A DNA stretch of 64,000 nucleotides from Mustelus asterias. Taxonomy: Eukaryota. Made by a program: the position numbers and the translations under genes. Positions 51,436 to 64,000 of the stretch are shown here, piece after piece. The notes under the pieces were generated by a model. The model was given only the letters and a program-made list of their open reading frames with translations, had not been told where the DNA came from and searched no databases. The stretch is taken from NCBI RefSeq assembly GCF_964213995.1, contig NW_027590173.1, positions 372,001 to 436,000 on the forward strand. The letters are read 5' to 3'. The stretch's first letter is position 1. Every line of letters starts with the position of its first letter.

Positions 51436-52825
51436 GAATGTAGAGCAGAGTACATTGTGAGCAGCAAATACAGCACACTACATTTAAATGATTAGTCCAG
51501 GAGGATTCATTGAGGGGGTATTTGATGAGGAGAGAGGAGGTAAAAGGCCTGTTGCTGCACCTTGACAGGTGCCATGGAAAGTCAAAACGACAAATAGAAG
51601 CTGTTAGGAAAAGACTGCGGTATTCGGAGGGGAAGGAATGTTTGGTGACAGCATCACACAAGCTGGAGGTGGTAAAAATGCTGAGAGCTAATCCATTGAA
51701 AAAGTTGGTAATTTAAAGGAGGAAGCATTATCATAATACAGAGAATATAGAGACGGGGTGAGAGCAGAGGTGTGGGACAAGAGCAGGCACAGATGAGAAT
51801 GCTGTCAGCCACAGAGTGGGGAGATCAGTGGCTGAGGAAAAAGGAAGAAATATCATAATTTCTCAAATGGAAAGCTCCATTATCAGTACGCATTGTTCAA
51901 GACTATAATTATACGGCCAGGAGAAATATTGATGTATCTGAACGTTTTATGTTTCAATTTGGTAGAATACATTCAATGCTCACAATGTGGTTTGCTCTAG
52001 ATTGGATAGACTGAGTGTCTGCTTTGTGAAACACCTGTCTTCAGTCAGAACAAAGATTTAAATCCAAGCTTAAACTAAAGTCCCAGCTCTAAACAAAGGA
52101 AACTCAGAATGTATTACAGGTGAGTTGGCTAAAATAGATTGGGAAACTCGATGAAGGGGCACGAAGGTGGATAGGCAGTGTCTGATATTTAAGGAAGAAA
52201 TGCTTGCGTTGTAACAGTTGTACATTTCCTTCAGTCGCAAAAACATAACAGGAAAAATGACCCAATCATGGCTAATAAAATTAGGTATTATTAGATCTGA
52301 TGATGATTTTTATAAAGTTGAAAGAAAAAGTTGCAATCCCAAGGATTGGGAACAGTTTTTATTTCAGGAAAGGAGGACAAAGAGATTGATTAGAGGGATA
52401 AAATGCTGTATGAGAGTGAACTTGCAAGTCGCTTACAATTGGACTATTAAAGCTTATGTTAGTGTGTGAAAAAATATAACAAAGACAAATTTAGGTGCTT
52501 TGCATTCGGATATGGACAAATTTATAACGGAGAACAAGGTAATGGCAGCACAATTAAATAAGTGTTTTCATGCTGTCTTCATGGAGGAACACACAAATAA
52601 CTACCCAGCAATGCTCGGGAACCATGGTCTAGAAATTGGGGGGATTTAATATTACTAAAATATATAGTGCTGGAGAAATTAATGGGACTGAGGGCTGCAA
52701 AATCTCCAAGGCCCAATAATCTACATCACAGGATACGAAACGAAGTGGCAATGGGAATATTGGATCCAACATTGTCTACATTCTTTAACAGTCTCAGCAG
52801 TTTGGAGAGTGGAAAATGTTACCCC

Positions 52826-53742
52826 TGAGCACAGTTTCATAGCAGAGAGCACAGTTCCACAGCAGAGATCACAGTTTGACAGCAGAGAGCACAGTTCCAC
52901 AGCAGAGAGTATTTTTCCACAACAGGGAAATGAGTTCCACAGCGGAGATCGCAGTTCCACAGCAGACAGCACAGTTCCACAGCAAGGATCACAGTTCCAC
53001 AGCAGGGATCACAGTTCCACAGCAGAGAGCACAGTTCCACAGCAGAGAGCACAGTTCCACAGCAGAGAGCACAGTTCCACAGCAGAGAGCACAGTTCCAC
53101 AGCAGAGAGCACAGTTCCACAGCAGAGATCACAGTTCCACAGCAGAGAGCACAGTTCCACAGCGGAGAGCACAGTTCAACAGCGGAGAGCACAGTTCCAC
53201 AGCAGAGATGACAGTTCCACAGCAGAGATGACAGTTCCACAGCAGAGATGACAGTTCCACAGCAGAGAGCACAGTTCCAAAGCAGAGAGCACAGTTCCAA
53301 AGCAGAGATCACAGTTCCACAGCAGGGTGCACAATTCCACAGCAGAGATCACAATTCCACAGCAGAGCAAAGTTCCACAGCAGGGAGCACAGTTCCACAG
53401 CAGAGAGCACAGTTCCACATCAGCAAGCACAGTTCCACAGCACTGAGAACTTTTCCACAACAGGGAAAAGAGTTCCAAAGCAGAGAGCACAGTTCCACAG
53501 CAGAGAGCACAGTTCCACAGCAGAGAGCACAGTTCCACAGCGGGGATTACAGTTCTACAGCAGAGAGCACAGTTCCTCAGCAGGGATCACAGTTCCACAG
53601 CAGAGAGCACAGTTCTACAGCAGAGAGCACAGTTCCACAGCAGAGAGCACAGTTCCACAGCAGAGAGCACAATTCCACAGCAGAGAGCACAGTTCCACAG
53701 CAGAGAGCACAGTTCCACAGCAGAGAGCACAGCTCCACAGAT
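52826..53742. repeat. 20-bp minisatellite (ACAGTTCCACAGCAGAGAGC)n
   Basis: Direct tandem units, many of them perfect. Confidence 0.97.
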
Positions 53743-54344
53743 ACACAAGCCAAGGTTTTTCCCTTTCAGCCATTTCTCCCAAACAGCTGACACAGGCGTG
53801 ATGATCCGAATGATCTTGGATTATTCACCATCACTCTATGATTGTCCGAATAGAAAAAAAAGCTATGTTCTTAAATGAAAACAATCTAGTGAAGTTTAGA
53901 CGTATTAGCTGCACTATTTCTGATCTACAGGGCACCCTGCAGTAAGCCACCATGCTTGTATGGGCAGCAGCGTGCTCCCTGTGACATGTACCATTCAGAA
54001 GGACAAGAATATCAGCACAGCGGATACAGCATCACGTTAAAGACAGAGTTAATCATTATTTGGACAGAAATCACTATTCTTTCTTAATTACTGGTTTAAA
54101 ACATGAGTTCCCAAAATCACCATAAACTGAGAAAGTGAAGTTTCCTTTCTTCAGGCTTTCATTAGATACACATTGTATGAAATACTTTTTTCAGTCTCTC
54201 TGATTGTTCCCTTGATTCGCCTCTTCACAGTTGGACGGATTTTAACGTGTTCAGTTTACAACACGTTTCACCCTTCTCAGCCTTACTTAAGGTCAAAACT
54301 GTGACCTGCGTGTGTCCTTTCTCCTCACACTGAATGTCTGCCTC

Positions 54345-55505
54345 TAACATAAGAAGAACATAAGAACATAAGAACATAAGAAATAGGAGCAGGAGTAGGC
54401 CATCTAGCCCCTCGAGCCTGCCCCGCCATTCAATAAGATCATGGCTGATCTGACGTGGATCAGTACCACTTACCCGCCTGATCCCCATAACCCTTAATTC
54501 CCTTACCGATCAGGAATCCATCCATCCGCGCTTTAAACATATTCAGCGAGCTAGCCTCCACCACCTCAGTGGGCAGAGAATTCCAGAGATTCACCACCCT
54601 CTGGGAGAAGAAGTTCCTCCTCAACTCTGTCTTAAACCGACCCCCCTTTATTTTGAGGCTGTGTCCTCTAGTTTTAACTTCCTTACTAAGTGGAAAGAAT
54701 CTCTCCGCCTCCACCCTATCCAGCCCCCGCATTATCTTATAAGTCTCCATAAGATCCCCCCTCATCCTTCTAAACTCCAACGAGTACAAACCCAATCTCC
54801 TCAGCCTCTCCTCATAATCCAAACCCCTCATCTCCGGTATCAACCTGGTGAACCTTCTCTGCACTCCCTCCAATGCCAATATATCCTTCCTCATATAAGG
54901 GGACCAATACTGCACACAGTATTCCAGCTGCGGCCTCACCAATGCCCTGTACAGGTGCATCAAGACATCCCTGCTTTTATATTCTATCCCCTTCGCAATA
55001 TAGGCCAACATCCCATTTGCCTTCTTGATCACCTGTTGTACCTGCAGACTGGGCTTTTGCGTCTCATGCACAAGGACCCCCAGGTCCCTTTGCACGGTAG
55101 CATGTTTTAATTTGTTTCCATTGAGATAGTAATCCCATTTGTTATTATTTCCTCCAAAGTGTATAACCTCGCATTTCTCAACATTATACTCCATTTGCCA
55201 TATCCTCGCCCACTCACTCAGCCTGTCCAAATCTCTCTGCAGATCTTCTCCGTCCTCCACACGATTCACTTTTCCACTTATCTTTGTGTCGTCTGCAAAC
55301 TTCGTTACCCTACACTCCGTCCCCTCCTCCAGATCATCTATATAAATGGTAAATAGTTGCGGCCCGAGTACCGATCCCTGCGGCACGCCACTAGTTACCT
55401 TCCTCCAACCGGAAAAATACCCATTTATTCCGACTCTTTGCTTCCTGTCGGATAGCCAGTCCCCAATCCATTTTAACACACTACCCCCAACTCCGTGTGC
55501 CCTAA
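54345..55505 (-). mobile_element. Young CR1 3' fragment, open 339-aa frame
   Basis: ORF 54460-55479; (ttcttatg)n tail. Confidence 0.95.
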
Positions 55506-55899
55506 CATATTGTGGTCACTCAGTGTTTGATGTTTATTTACTGTCAGATTATTAATTTATCCTGCTCCCGCCTCATTACTGAAATTAGTGGAACCTTTTG
55601 TCTTGTGCTTTCCAAAGCAAGGTGGAGGGCAGGAGTGATTAAGTAATAAAATAATTGGTGCTGCAAGGCTAAAGGGAGTGGGAAAGGAACAAGTAACAGC
55701 AAACAGAGATGTGTCTGAAGGAGGTGTGAATGGAAGAATGATGAACAGCTGCCAGCTGAAAGCAAAATCAAGAGAAAATATAGATGAAAACCAAAAATCA
55801 AAATAAAATGGAATCAATTATGACGGTTACTATCATATTAGAAATACGGGCAGGAGTCAGGCCATTCAGCCCCTCAGTCCTGCACCATCATTCAAGAAG

Positions 55900-56225
55900 G
55901 GGAGGCGATGGTCTCGTGGTATCATCGCTAGACTATTAATCTGGAAACTCAGCTAATGTTCTGGGGACCCAGGTTCGAAACCCTCCACAGCAGATGGTAG
56001 AATTTGATTTCAATAAAAAGTAATTTGAAAATAAGAATCTAGTGATGGCGATGGAACCATTGTTGGAAAAATCCATCTGGTTCACTAATGTGCTTTAGGG
56101 CAGGAAATCTGATGAAATTACCTTGTGTGGCCTACATGTGACTTCAGAGCAACAGCAATGTGGTTGACTCGATCCGTGGATGGGTAATAAATGCTGGCCA
56201 GTGATACGCACACCCTATGAATGGA
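55900..56225 (+). mobile_element. tRNA-headed SINE of a second family
   Basis: A/B-box-like head (GGTTCGAAACC); related copies at about 47915-48240 and 8380-8530. Confidence 0.6.
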
Positions 56226-56389
56226 CCAAGGAAATCATTGTGGCTGCAAATCGACTTTTCGAGCTTTTGCAGCAACCATTCACTCCCTTGTATAATCTGT
56301 CCAATTCAGCCTAGAACATATTCAATGATCCAGCCTCAACTGTTGTCTGGGGAAGGGAATTCCACTGACTAACGATCCTCTGAGGTGAG

Positions 56390-57310
56390 ATGAGAGTGAC
56401 TGCCCTCGACATCAAAACAGGATTTGACCGAGTTCAGCATCAAGGATCCTCAGCAAAAGCAAAGTCGATGGGAATCATGGAAACCTCTCCACTGGTTGGA
56501 ACTTTATCCAGCATAAAGTAAGATGGTTGTGGTGGTCAGTCATTTCATCCTCAGGAGATCATTTCCCGAGTTTGTCAAGTTACTGTCCCAGACCCTTCCA
56601 CCATAAGGTCAGAATTGGAGATGCTCGCTGATGACTGTGCAATGTTTAGCACCATTCAGGACTCTTCAGTTACTGAAGCAGCCCATTCCCAAATGCAGCA
56701 AGAACTGGACAGTATCCCAGCTTGGGCTGAGAAGTGGCAAATAATAATCACACCACACATGTACCAGACAAAGACCATTTCCAGCAAGACAGAATCTAAC
56801 CATTGTCCCTTGACATTAAATGAAATTATATCAATATCTTTGTGATGACCTTCAATTGGACTAGCGATGTAATACAAGGGCTACAAGGCAGGTCAGAGAC
56901 ACAGAATCCCATGGTGAGTAACAAAGATCCTGACTGCCAAACACTGTTCACCATCTACCAGGCACAAATCAGGAGTATGATGGATTAATCTCCACTTGCC
57001 TGGGTTAATGCAGCACCAGCAACACTCAAGAGGTTTGACACCATCCCGGACAAAGCATCCCTCATGATTGACATCCCATCTGTAAACAAACATGCCCTTG
57101 ACCACTGACACACAGTGGCAGCAGTACTTACTACCTCCAAGATGAGCTACTGGAACTCACAAATGTTCCTTCAGTAGCATCTTTCAAACCAAAGAGCACT
57201 ACCGTCTAGAGAAGGACAAGAACAGTTGACTCATGGAAACACCATTAAATGGACCTTCCCCTCCAAGTCACTTACCATTCTCACTTGGGAATATATCGCT
57301 GTTCCTTCAT
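56390..57310 (+). mobile_element. Decayed LINE RT fragment (CR1/L2 group)
   Basis: ALDIK..FDRV and MLADD-like remnants. Confidence 0.6.
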
Positions 57311-59056
57311 TGTGGCTGGATTCATTCTGTATCTGTCATTCTCTGGTGCAATATATCTGTACCATATGCCATATGTATCTTGCATTTTTTGCTGCAGGAT
57401 GTATGTTGCATCATTATTTGAACCTGTGTTTGGAACAGTAGTTGAGCAAGGGATTTTGTCTATCAGTTACTTTCTGATACTGCAAGTGAATTTGGGACTC
57501 ATTCTGAATCTCTTAAGAATAGCATGTGTGAACATTCAAAATCTGAGCAGGAATAGACCACTCGAGTCTGCTCCTCCATTCTATAACATCATGGCTGATC
57601 TGATTTGAACATCGACTCCACACTCCTGCCTAACCTTAATACCTTTTACCTCTTTGCTTATCAACAATCTATCTTTCAGTTAGTGTGTGTGTGTTTGTGT
57701 GTGTGACCATCAGTCAGTGCTATTGTATATGAATTTAAACACAATTCTGAATAGGAATCTTTCTGGTACCACACGAGTGCAGTATTCAGTATTCTCTGAA
57801 ATTGTATGAGTTTGGCAGGCATTCTGATCTGTCACAAAGATGGAATATTAGGGTAGGATTTATGTTTCTCTCTCAGGTACCATACGTGATTTGGGGTTCA
57901 TTCAGCATCTGAGTATATCTGCTGCTGTTTCTAAAGGGTGAAAATCATGTGTATTGGTCAGACTGTCATAATGTGTGTGAGTGTGGGATCATTCTGAATC
58001 TGTCACTGGTACTCAGTGTCTGGGATACTGCTATGTAAGTGTGATAGTCAGATGTAACTTTCAGTCCCTGGTGCTCTATGTGCAGCATGAGATTCATTTA
58101 TCTAACACTGAGCACATGTTTGAGAATTATCGTGTGTATGTCAGAGTCTATGACTCAATGTGAGCATGGGATTCATCATGTAATCGTCAATCTATTTATA
58201 AGTTTGGATTCATTCTATATAAATTTCCAGCAAAACAACAGGCCACTGATGTGGTAGGTTTGAAGCAAACAATGTATGTGAATTTCGGCCCAACATTAAA
58301 TCTGTGTCACTCTGAACACAATTGTGAAAGATAATGTATCCTTCAATCTGATGCTGGATTGCTATGCAAGCTTCACTCAGGTTGTTCACACTGATTTGAT
58401 CTGTGACACTCAGCCTGATTCTGAGGAAGAATTTTGACATGAATGTAAAAGGAAACTCAGTCTGGAATTCATATAGTATCGTCCATCTGGCTCAGTGTGA
58501 GTAGGGAGTTAGGATTAGTTAATAAGCTATAGTTCAATTCAAAGTAATCAAATTGATATTGTAACTTTAAGTTTCATAATCTGGGTGAGTTTTCAACTGG
58601 AATCTGAATTTGTATCTCAGGTTATACTCGCTCTCAGAATATCTCAATCTGAGAATGTATTTGAGATTAGGCTTTGTATGAATGTATTTGTGAGGATACA
58701 AACTATGGGCCACTTTTAAACCCCTGATGTGGGTGGTATTTAACTCGAATCTCAGTGTACATTGTTAAGGTACATTGTGTAACTTTTAACCGAAAACCAT
58801 TTGTCAGTTTGATCAGATATTGAATTTGGAGCTGTGGCTGCTCTATTGTGGGATTGACACAGTGATGATCCAATATTAGGTGAGAATTTGGACTGGGATT
58901 TATGGATTCCCCTATCAATGGCACTGAGTTTGATTTGATGTATTGGTATACAGTGAAAGGTATTGCTTCTTGCGTAAAACGGACGAATCATACCGTTCAT
59001 AGAGTAGAGGGGAGAAGGAAAGGAGAGGGTGCAGACTGTAGTGTTAAAAATTCATT

Positions 59057-59132
59057 TACCAGGAGTAGGGTTCGAACCCACGCAGACATATGTCCATTGG
59101 ATCTTAAGCCTTAACCACTCGGCCATTCTGGT
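59057..59132 (-). pseudogene. tRNA-Leu(TAA) with 7-nt anticodon-stem deletion
   Basis: ACCAGAATGGCCGAGTGGTTAAGGC|TTAAGATCCAATGGACATATGTC...GGTTCGAACCC; T5 terminator just downstream. Confidence 0.88.
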
Positions 59133-60376
59133 ACGAGAACTGGCTGTCAAATAGGCACATCATCTGTCTCTCCTGCAGTTTGGGTCTGTGGAATTGATCA
59201 GCTGTCTGTGTCTCTGAGCTGTCAGTGACAATGTACGGACTGTGTGTGAGAAGGAAGGAGTTGGCAACAATTTCCCCTGTAACTTGTGTGGAGGAAATAT
59301 CACGTTTGTTTTGGATCTGTCAAATATTTGTCTGTGGAAACAAAGTACATTTAATATCTCAAATCCAGATTCCGTCAGTTTAATCTCTATTAATAATCAT
59401 TGTGAGCGGTTTGTGAGGCTGCAGCCAGACTCGAGCTCTGATTGGTCACTCACATTTCAATCACATTCTTAACCAATCGGAGAGCCAGGTAGAAGAAATG
59501 GGAGGTTTTGATTGGTTCACATTTTCAAACTGGAAAAACCCGCCAATTTCAGTGCAGGAAAAATACAAAATAACGGAACGCCTGAATGTTCAGGAAACTA
59601 TTTCAATCTCACACTTTATAATCTGTTTATTGTATTTTCCCTCAGAATCCTGGCGCTATTTTAGGAACAGTTTGAATTTCTCAATCTCTTATCTATAACC
59701 CGCGGTAATCAGACCCCGTTCAGCAATTTAAAACGGAGCAAATCTCAGCTCAGTGGAAAAGCAGAGCTTCACAGGGACAGAGAGAAACGGCTGATTTCTG
59801 ATCCTCTCCCCTGAAAGCGGCCGGGAATGTTACAATGGGAAGTGCGGAGAGAATCCCCGGCCCGATCCCGCCGGTGGAACAGGCAGCTTTGTGTCCGGAG
59901 AATAGGGAGCGCCGGGGGGAGGCAGATCTTAAAGCGCTGCAATGGACTCAGGTCCTGTGTGTGCACAGATCTGGCTGATTCCGTCCTCTGGGAAAGCTGC
60001 GGAATAAACAGATCAGCCCGAGAATAACCTCTTCATTCCCGCCTTTACTCTGTTGCGGGAGCTGCTCCCAGATCACCCGAGAAAAAAAAATTAATTCAGG
60101 GTCGTGAAACTCTGAATATAGTGATAAATAAATTTAAATAATTACCTCCTGATATTCTTTCTCCCCATTGTCCGTGACAATCCCCAGACTGGGATTTAAA
60201 ATACGCTCTCAGTTCAGTTTGATTGTCCCTTCAATGTGAAAGTGTGTGTGAGGGGCGGGTATGAAGTCCCATTCACAGCATTCTGCACCGGGACAAATCT
60301 CTATCCTCCAGAAAGACATTTCTCATTCACTCAATAAGGGAAAAGATGGCGCAGCTTTTTCACAGGGATTGTGAGT

Positions 60377-60392
60377 GGCTCTTAAAAGAGCC
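60377..60392 (-). terminator. Histone 3' stem-loop (H2B)
   Basis: GGCTCTTTTAAGAGCC on the minus strand, AAAAAGCTG downstream. Confidence 0.95.
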
Positions 60393-60427
60393 GTTGTGTT
60401 TGGGGTGTTTTCAGTCCATGGGGAGTT

Positions 60428-60814
60428 TTACTTGGAGCTGGTATACTTGGTCACCGCCTTTGTCCCTTCCGACACGGCGTGCTTGGCCAGTTCCCCGGGC
60501 AGCAGCAGGCGCACGGCGGTCTGGATCTCCCGGGAGCTGATGGTGCTGCGCTTGTTGTAATGGGCCAGGCGGGAAGCCTCACCCGCGATGCGCTCGAAAA
60601 TATCGTTCACGAACGAGTTCATGATGCTCATGGCCTTGGAGGAGATGCCGGTGTCGGGGTGAACCTGCTTCATCACTTTGTAGATGTAGATGGAGTAACT
60701 CTCCTTCCTCGACTTTCGCCGCTTCTTGCCGCCCTTTGTTCCCGGTTTCTTAATCACTTTCTTCGCCCCCTTCTTGGGAGCTGGTTTCGGTGTTGGTTTC
60801 TTCTCATCAGCCAT
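60428..60814 (-). CDS. H2B: Histone H2B
   Basis: [26 protein letters not shown]...KYTSSK; ATG at 60814. Confidence 0.99.
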   Translation of the reverse strand: MADEKKPTPKPAPKKGAKKVIKKPGTKGGKKRRKSRKESYSIYIYKVMKQVHPDTGISSKAMSIMNSFVNDIFERIAGEASRLAHYNKRSTISSREIQTAVRLLLPGELAKHAVSEGTKAVTKYTSSK

Positions 60815-60854
60815 CTTCAATTTCACACAGAAATAAAGCAAACCCCTTCCGAGC

Positions 60855-61035
60855 GCTGATTAAATAGACAATCCCACAGAACTATGCTAATGAGGAATTG
60901 GGAAAGCAATGATTGTGATTGGACATTTTGAAAGTTATTACAGTCACTTATCAGGGATTCAATTGAGTGGATATGAAAACAGACCAATCAGATTGAGGGG
61001 TTTCCGCCAATCACAAGCCTCCTTACCACAATCAG
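60855..61035. promoter_or_regulatory. H2B promoter, potentially bidirectional
   Basis: TATTTAA (minus strand), octamer-like ATTAGCAT (60884-60891), CCAAT boxes in both orientations (about 60918, 60984, 61007). Confidence 0.75.
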
Positions 61036-61113
61036 GAAATACATTTTACAAAGAATCTCCAGCGCCAGTTTGTCAGTGTGTAAAGATACACCGGGACCGG
61101 CGGCCATTACAAG

Positions 61114-61422
61114 ATGGCGGCGGCTCCTTCCAGAAAGAGCTTCGTGATCTTCGTGTCGCGGGTGCCCTGGACCCTGGCCGGCAAAGAAATCAAAGAATAT
61201 TTTGGACAGTTTGGATTAGTAAAGAAATGTCTTCTTCCATTCGACAAAGAGACTGGATTTCATAGAGGATTCTGTTGGGTTGGCTTCAATACAGAAGAAG
61301 GGCTTCAGAATGCACTGCAGAAGGAACCACACCTCCTTGAAGGGGCAAAGCTTCAAGTTCAGAGAAACAGAAAATTGTTTCAAGGGCGCAGACCAAATAA
61401 AGTCACTGAATCAGCAAATTGA
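61114..61422 (+). CDS. SLIRP: SLIRP-like RRM protein, intronless retrocopy with intact ORF
   Basis: FVSRVPWT...[12 protein letters not shown]...EEGLQNALQ matches SLIRP; ATTAAA, A9 tail and 15-bp TSD. Confidence 0.88.
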   Translation: MAAAPSRKSFVIFVSRVPWTLAGKEIKEYFGQFGLVKKCLLPFDKETGFHRGFCWVGFNTEEGLQNALQKEPHLLEGAKLQVQRNRKLFQGRRPNKVTESAN

Positions 61423-61589
61423 CACTGAACATGGAGGGTATAGTTAAAGCTCTTTTGTCCTAAGTAAATTAAAGATGGTGATTTAAACACTAAAAAAAAA
61501 GATCCACCGGGAAATGTCGCCTGGCTGTCGGTGTGAGGGACCCTTCTCCACAGAAGAACTGTGCGGGAGTGTGGGATTCCTTCAGGAAC

Positions 61590-62522
61590 TGTGAATCTCT
61601 GGTAATGTGCGTGAGTGTGGGATTTACTTACTCTCTGATACAGTGTGTGAGTGTGGCATTTACTCACTCTCTGATACAGTGTGTGAGTTTGGGATTTACT
61701 CACTCTCTGATACAGTGTGTGAGTTTGGGATTTACTCACTCTCTGACACAGTGCGAGAGTGTGGGATTTACTCACTCTCTGATACAGTGTGTGTGTGGGA
61801 TTTACTCACTCTCTGATACCGTGTGGGATTTACTCACTCTCTGATACAGTGTGGGATTTACTCACTCTCTGATACCGTGTGTGAGTGCGGGATTTACTCA
61901 CTCTCTGATACCGTGTGTGAGTGCGGGATTTACTCACTCTCTGATACCGTGTGTGAGTGCGGGATTTACTCACTCTCTGATACAGTGTGAGAGTGTGGGA
62001 TTTACTCACTCTCTGATACCGTGTGTGAGTGCGGGATTTACTCACTCTCTGATACCGTGTGTGAGTGCGGGATTTACTCTCTCTCTGATACAGTGTGGGA
62101 TTTACTCACTCTCTGATACCGTGTGTGAGTGCAGGATTTACTCACTCTCTGATACAGTGTGAGAGTGTGGGATTTACTCACTCTCTGATACCGTGTGTGA
62201 GTGCGGGATTTACACACTCTCTGATACAGTGTGTGTGTGTGGGATTTACTCACTCTAATACAGTGTGAGAGTGTGGGATTTACTCACTCTCTGATACAGT
62301 GTGAGAGTGTGGGATTTACTCACTCTCTCTGATACAGTGTGAGAGTGTGGGATTTACTCACTCTCTGATACAGTGTGAGAGTGTGGGATTTACTCACTCT
62401 CTGATACAGTGTGAGAGTGTGGGATTTACTCACTCTCTGATACAGTGTGAGAGTGTGGGATTTACTCACTCTCTGATACAGTGTGTGAGTGCGGGATTTA
62501 CTCACTCTGATACAGTGTGTGA
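61590..62522. repeat. ~34-bp minisatellite (GTGTGGGATTTACTCACTCTCTGATACAGTGTGA)n
   Basis: Homogeneous tandem units. Confidence 0.97.
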
Positions 62523-64000
62523 GACCATAAGTTATCGGAGCAGAATTAGGCCACTCGGCCCATCGAGTCTTATCCGTCAATCATGACTGATATTTTTCTC
62601 TTCCTCATTCTCCTGCCTTTTCCCCATAATCCCTGGTCCCCTTATTAATCAAGTCTATCTATCTCTGACTTAAAAAACACTCAATGACTTGGCCTCCACA
62701 GCCTTCTGCAACAAAGAGTTCCACAGATTCACCAGTCCCTGGCTGAACAAATTACAGTAAGAAGTCTCACAACACCAGGTTAAAGTCCAACAGGTTTATT
62801 TGGTAGCAAATACCATAAGCTTTCGGAGCAATGCTCCTTCGTCAGATGGAGTGGTCTCTGTTCTCAAACAGGGCACAGACACAGAAATCAAATTACAGAA
62901 TACTGATTAGAATGCAAATCTCTACAGCCAGCCAGGTCTTAAATGTACAGACAATGTGGGTGGAGGGAGCATTCAACACAGGTTAAAGAGATGTGTATTG
63001 TCTCCAGACAGTACAGCTTGTAAAATTGTGCAAGTCCAGGAGGCAAGCTGTGGGGGTTACTGATAATGTGACATAAATCCAACATCCCGGTTTAGACCGT
63101 CCTCATGTGTGCGGAACTTGGCTATCAGTTTCTGCTCAGTGACTCTGCGCTGTCGTGTGTCGTGAAGGCCGCCTTGGAGAACGCTTGCCTGAAGATCCAA
63201 GGCTGAATGCCCGTGACTGCTGAAGTGCTCCCCCACAGGAAGAGAACAGTCTTGCCTGGTGATTGTCGAGCGGTGTTCATTCATCCGTTGTCGTAGCGTC
63301 TGATGAATGACAACGGATGAATGAACACCGCTCGACAATCACCAGGCAAGACTGTTCTCTTCCTGTGGGGGAGCACTTCAGCAGTCACGGGCATTCAGCC
63401 TTGGATCTTCAGGTAAGCGTTCTCCAAGGCGGCCTTCACGACACACGACAGCGCAGAGTCACTGAGCAGAAACTGATAGCCAAGTTCCGCACACATGAGG
63501 ACGGTCTAAACCGGGATGTTGGATTTATGTCACATTATCAGTAACCCCCACAGCTTGCCTCCTGGACTTGCACAATTTTACAAGCTGTACTGTCTGGAGA
63601 CAATACACATCTCTTCAACCTGTGTTGAATGCTCCCTCCACCCACATTGTCTGTACATTTAAGACCTGGCTGGCTGTAGAGATTTGCATTCTAATCAGTA
63701 TTCTGTAATTTGATTTCTGTGTCTGTGCCCTGTTTGAGAACAGAAACCACTCCATCTGACGAAGGAGCATTGCTCCGAAAGCTTATGGTATTTGCTACCA
63801 AATAAACCTGTTGGACTTTAACCTGGTGTTGTGAGACTTCTTACTGTGCTTACCCCAGTCCAACGCCGGCATCTCCACATCATGAACAAATTACTCCACA
63901 TCTCTGTTTTAAAGGATCGTCCCTTTAGCCTGAGATTGTGCCCTCTGGTTCTAGTTTTTCCTGATTTTGGAAACAAACTCTCCATGTCCACTCTATCCAG
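62522..64000 (-). mobile_element. CR1 3' end interrupted by a Penelope palindrome
   Basis: CR1 tail at 62522-62750 continues after 63894. Confidence 0.8.
62756..63882. mobile_element. Penelope-like element as an inverted dimer with TSD
   Basis: Two GIY-YIG C-terminal copies in opposite orientation; 12-bp TSD TGAACAAATTAC (62744-62755 and 63883-63894). Confidence 0.92.

Noticed and set aside
52721-53793. Repetitive ORFs on both strands
   Set aside because: Products of a stop-poor 20-bp minisatellite

Overview
Eukaryotic, repeat-rich vertebrate DNA, most likely a shark or other cartilaginous fish (inferred from HE1-like V-SINEs, abundant CR1/HER1-like LINEs and Penelope elements). It holds a dispersed replication-dependent histone locus: H1, H4, H3 and H2A at 22-28 kb and H2B at 60.4-60.8 kb, each with a 3' stem-loop. 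Nine tRNA-derived genes are present and none is canonical. Three have clean deletions in the anticodon arm, and one Gly-TCC body carries a GAC anticodon. Other content: three tandem-repeat arrays, many CR1 fragments, Penelope elements with minimal hammerhead motifs, a Tx1-clade fragment and two CpG-island promoters with no identified gene. The strongest candidates for novelty are three. (1) An intact, intronless SLIRP retrocopy with poly(A) and target-site duplication, head-to-head with H2B where a divergent H2A partner often sits. (2) A ~330-bp U2-snRNA-headed poly(A) retroposon with a TSD (SINEU/Keno-like). (3) Orphan histone-type promoters, one pointing straight into the Tx1 ORF fragment. 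All identifications are by eye, and repeat boundaries are approximate.
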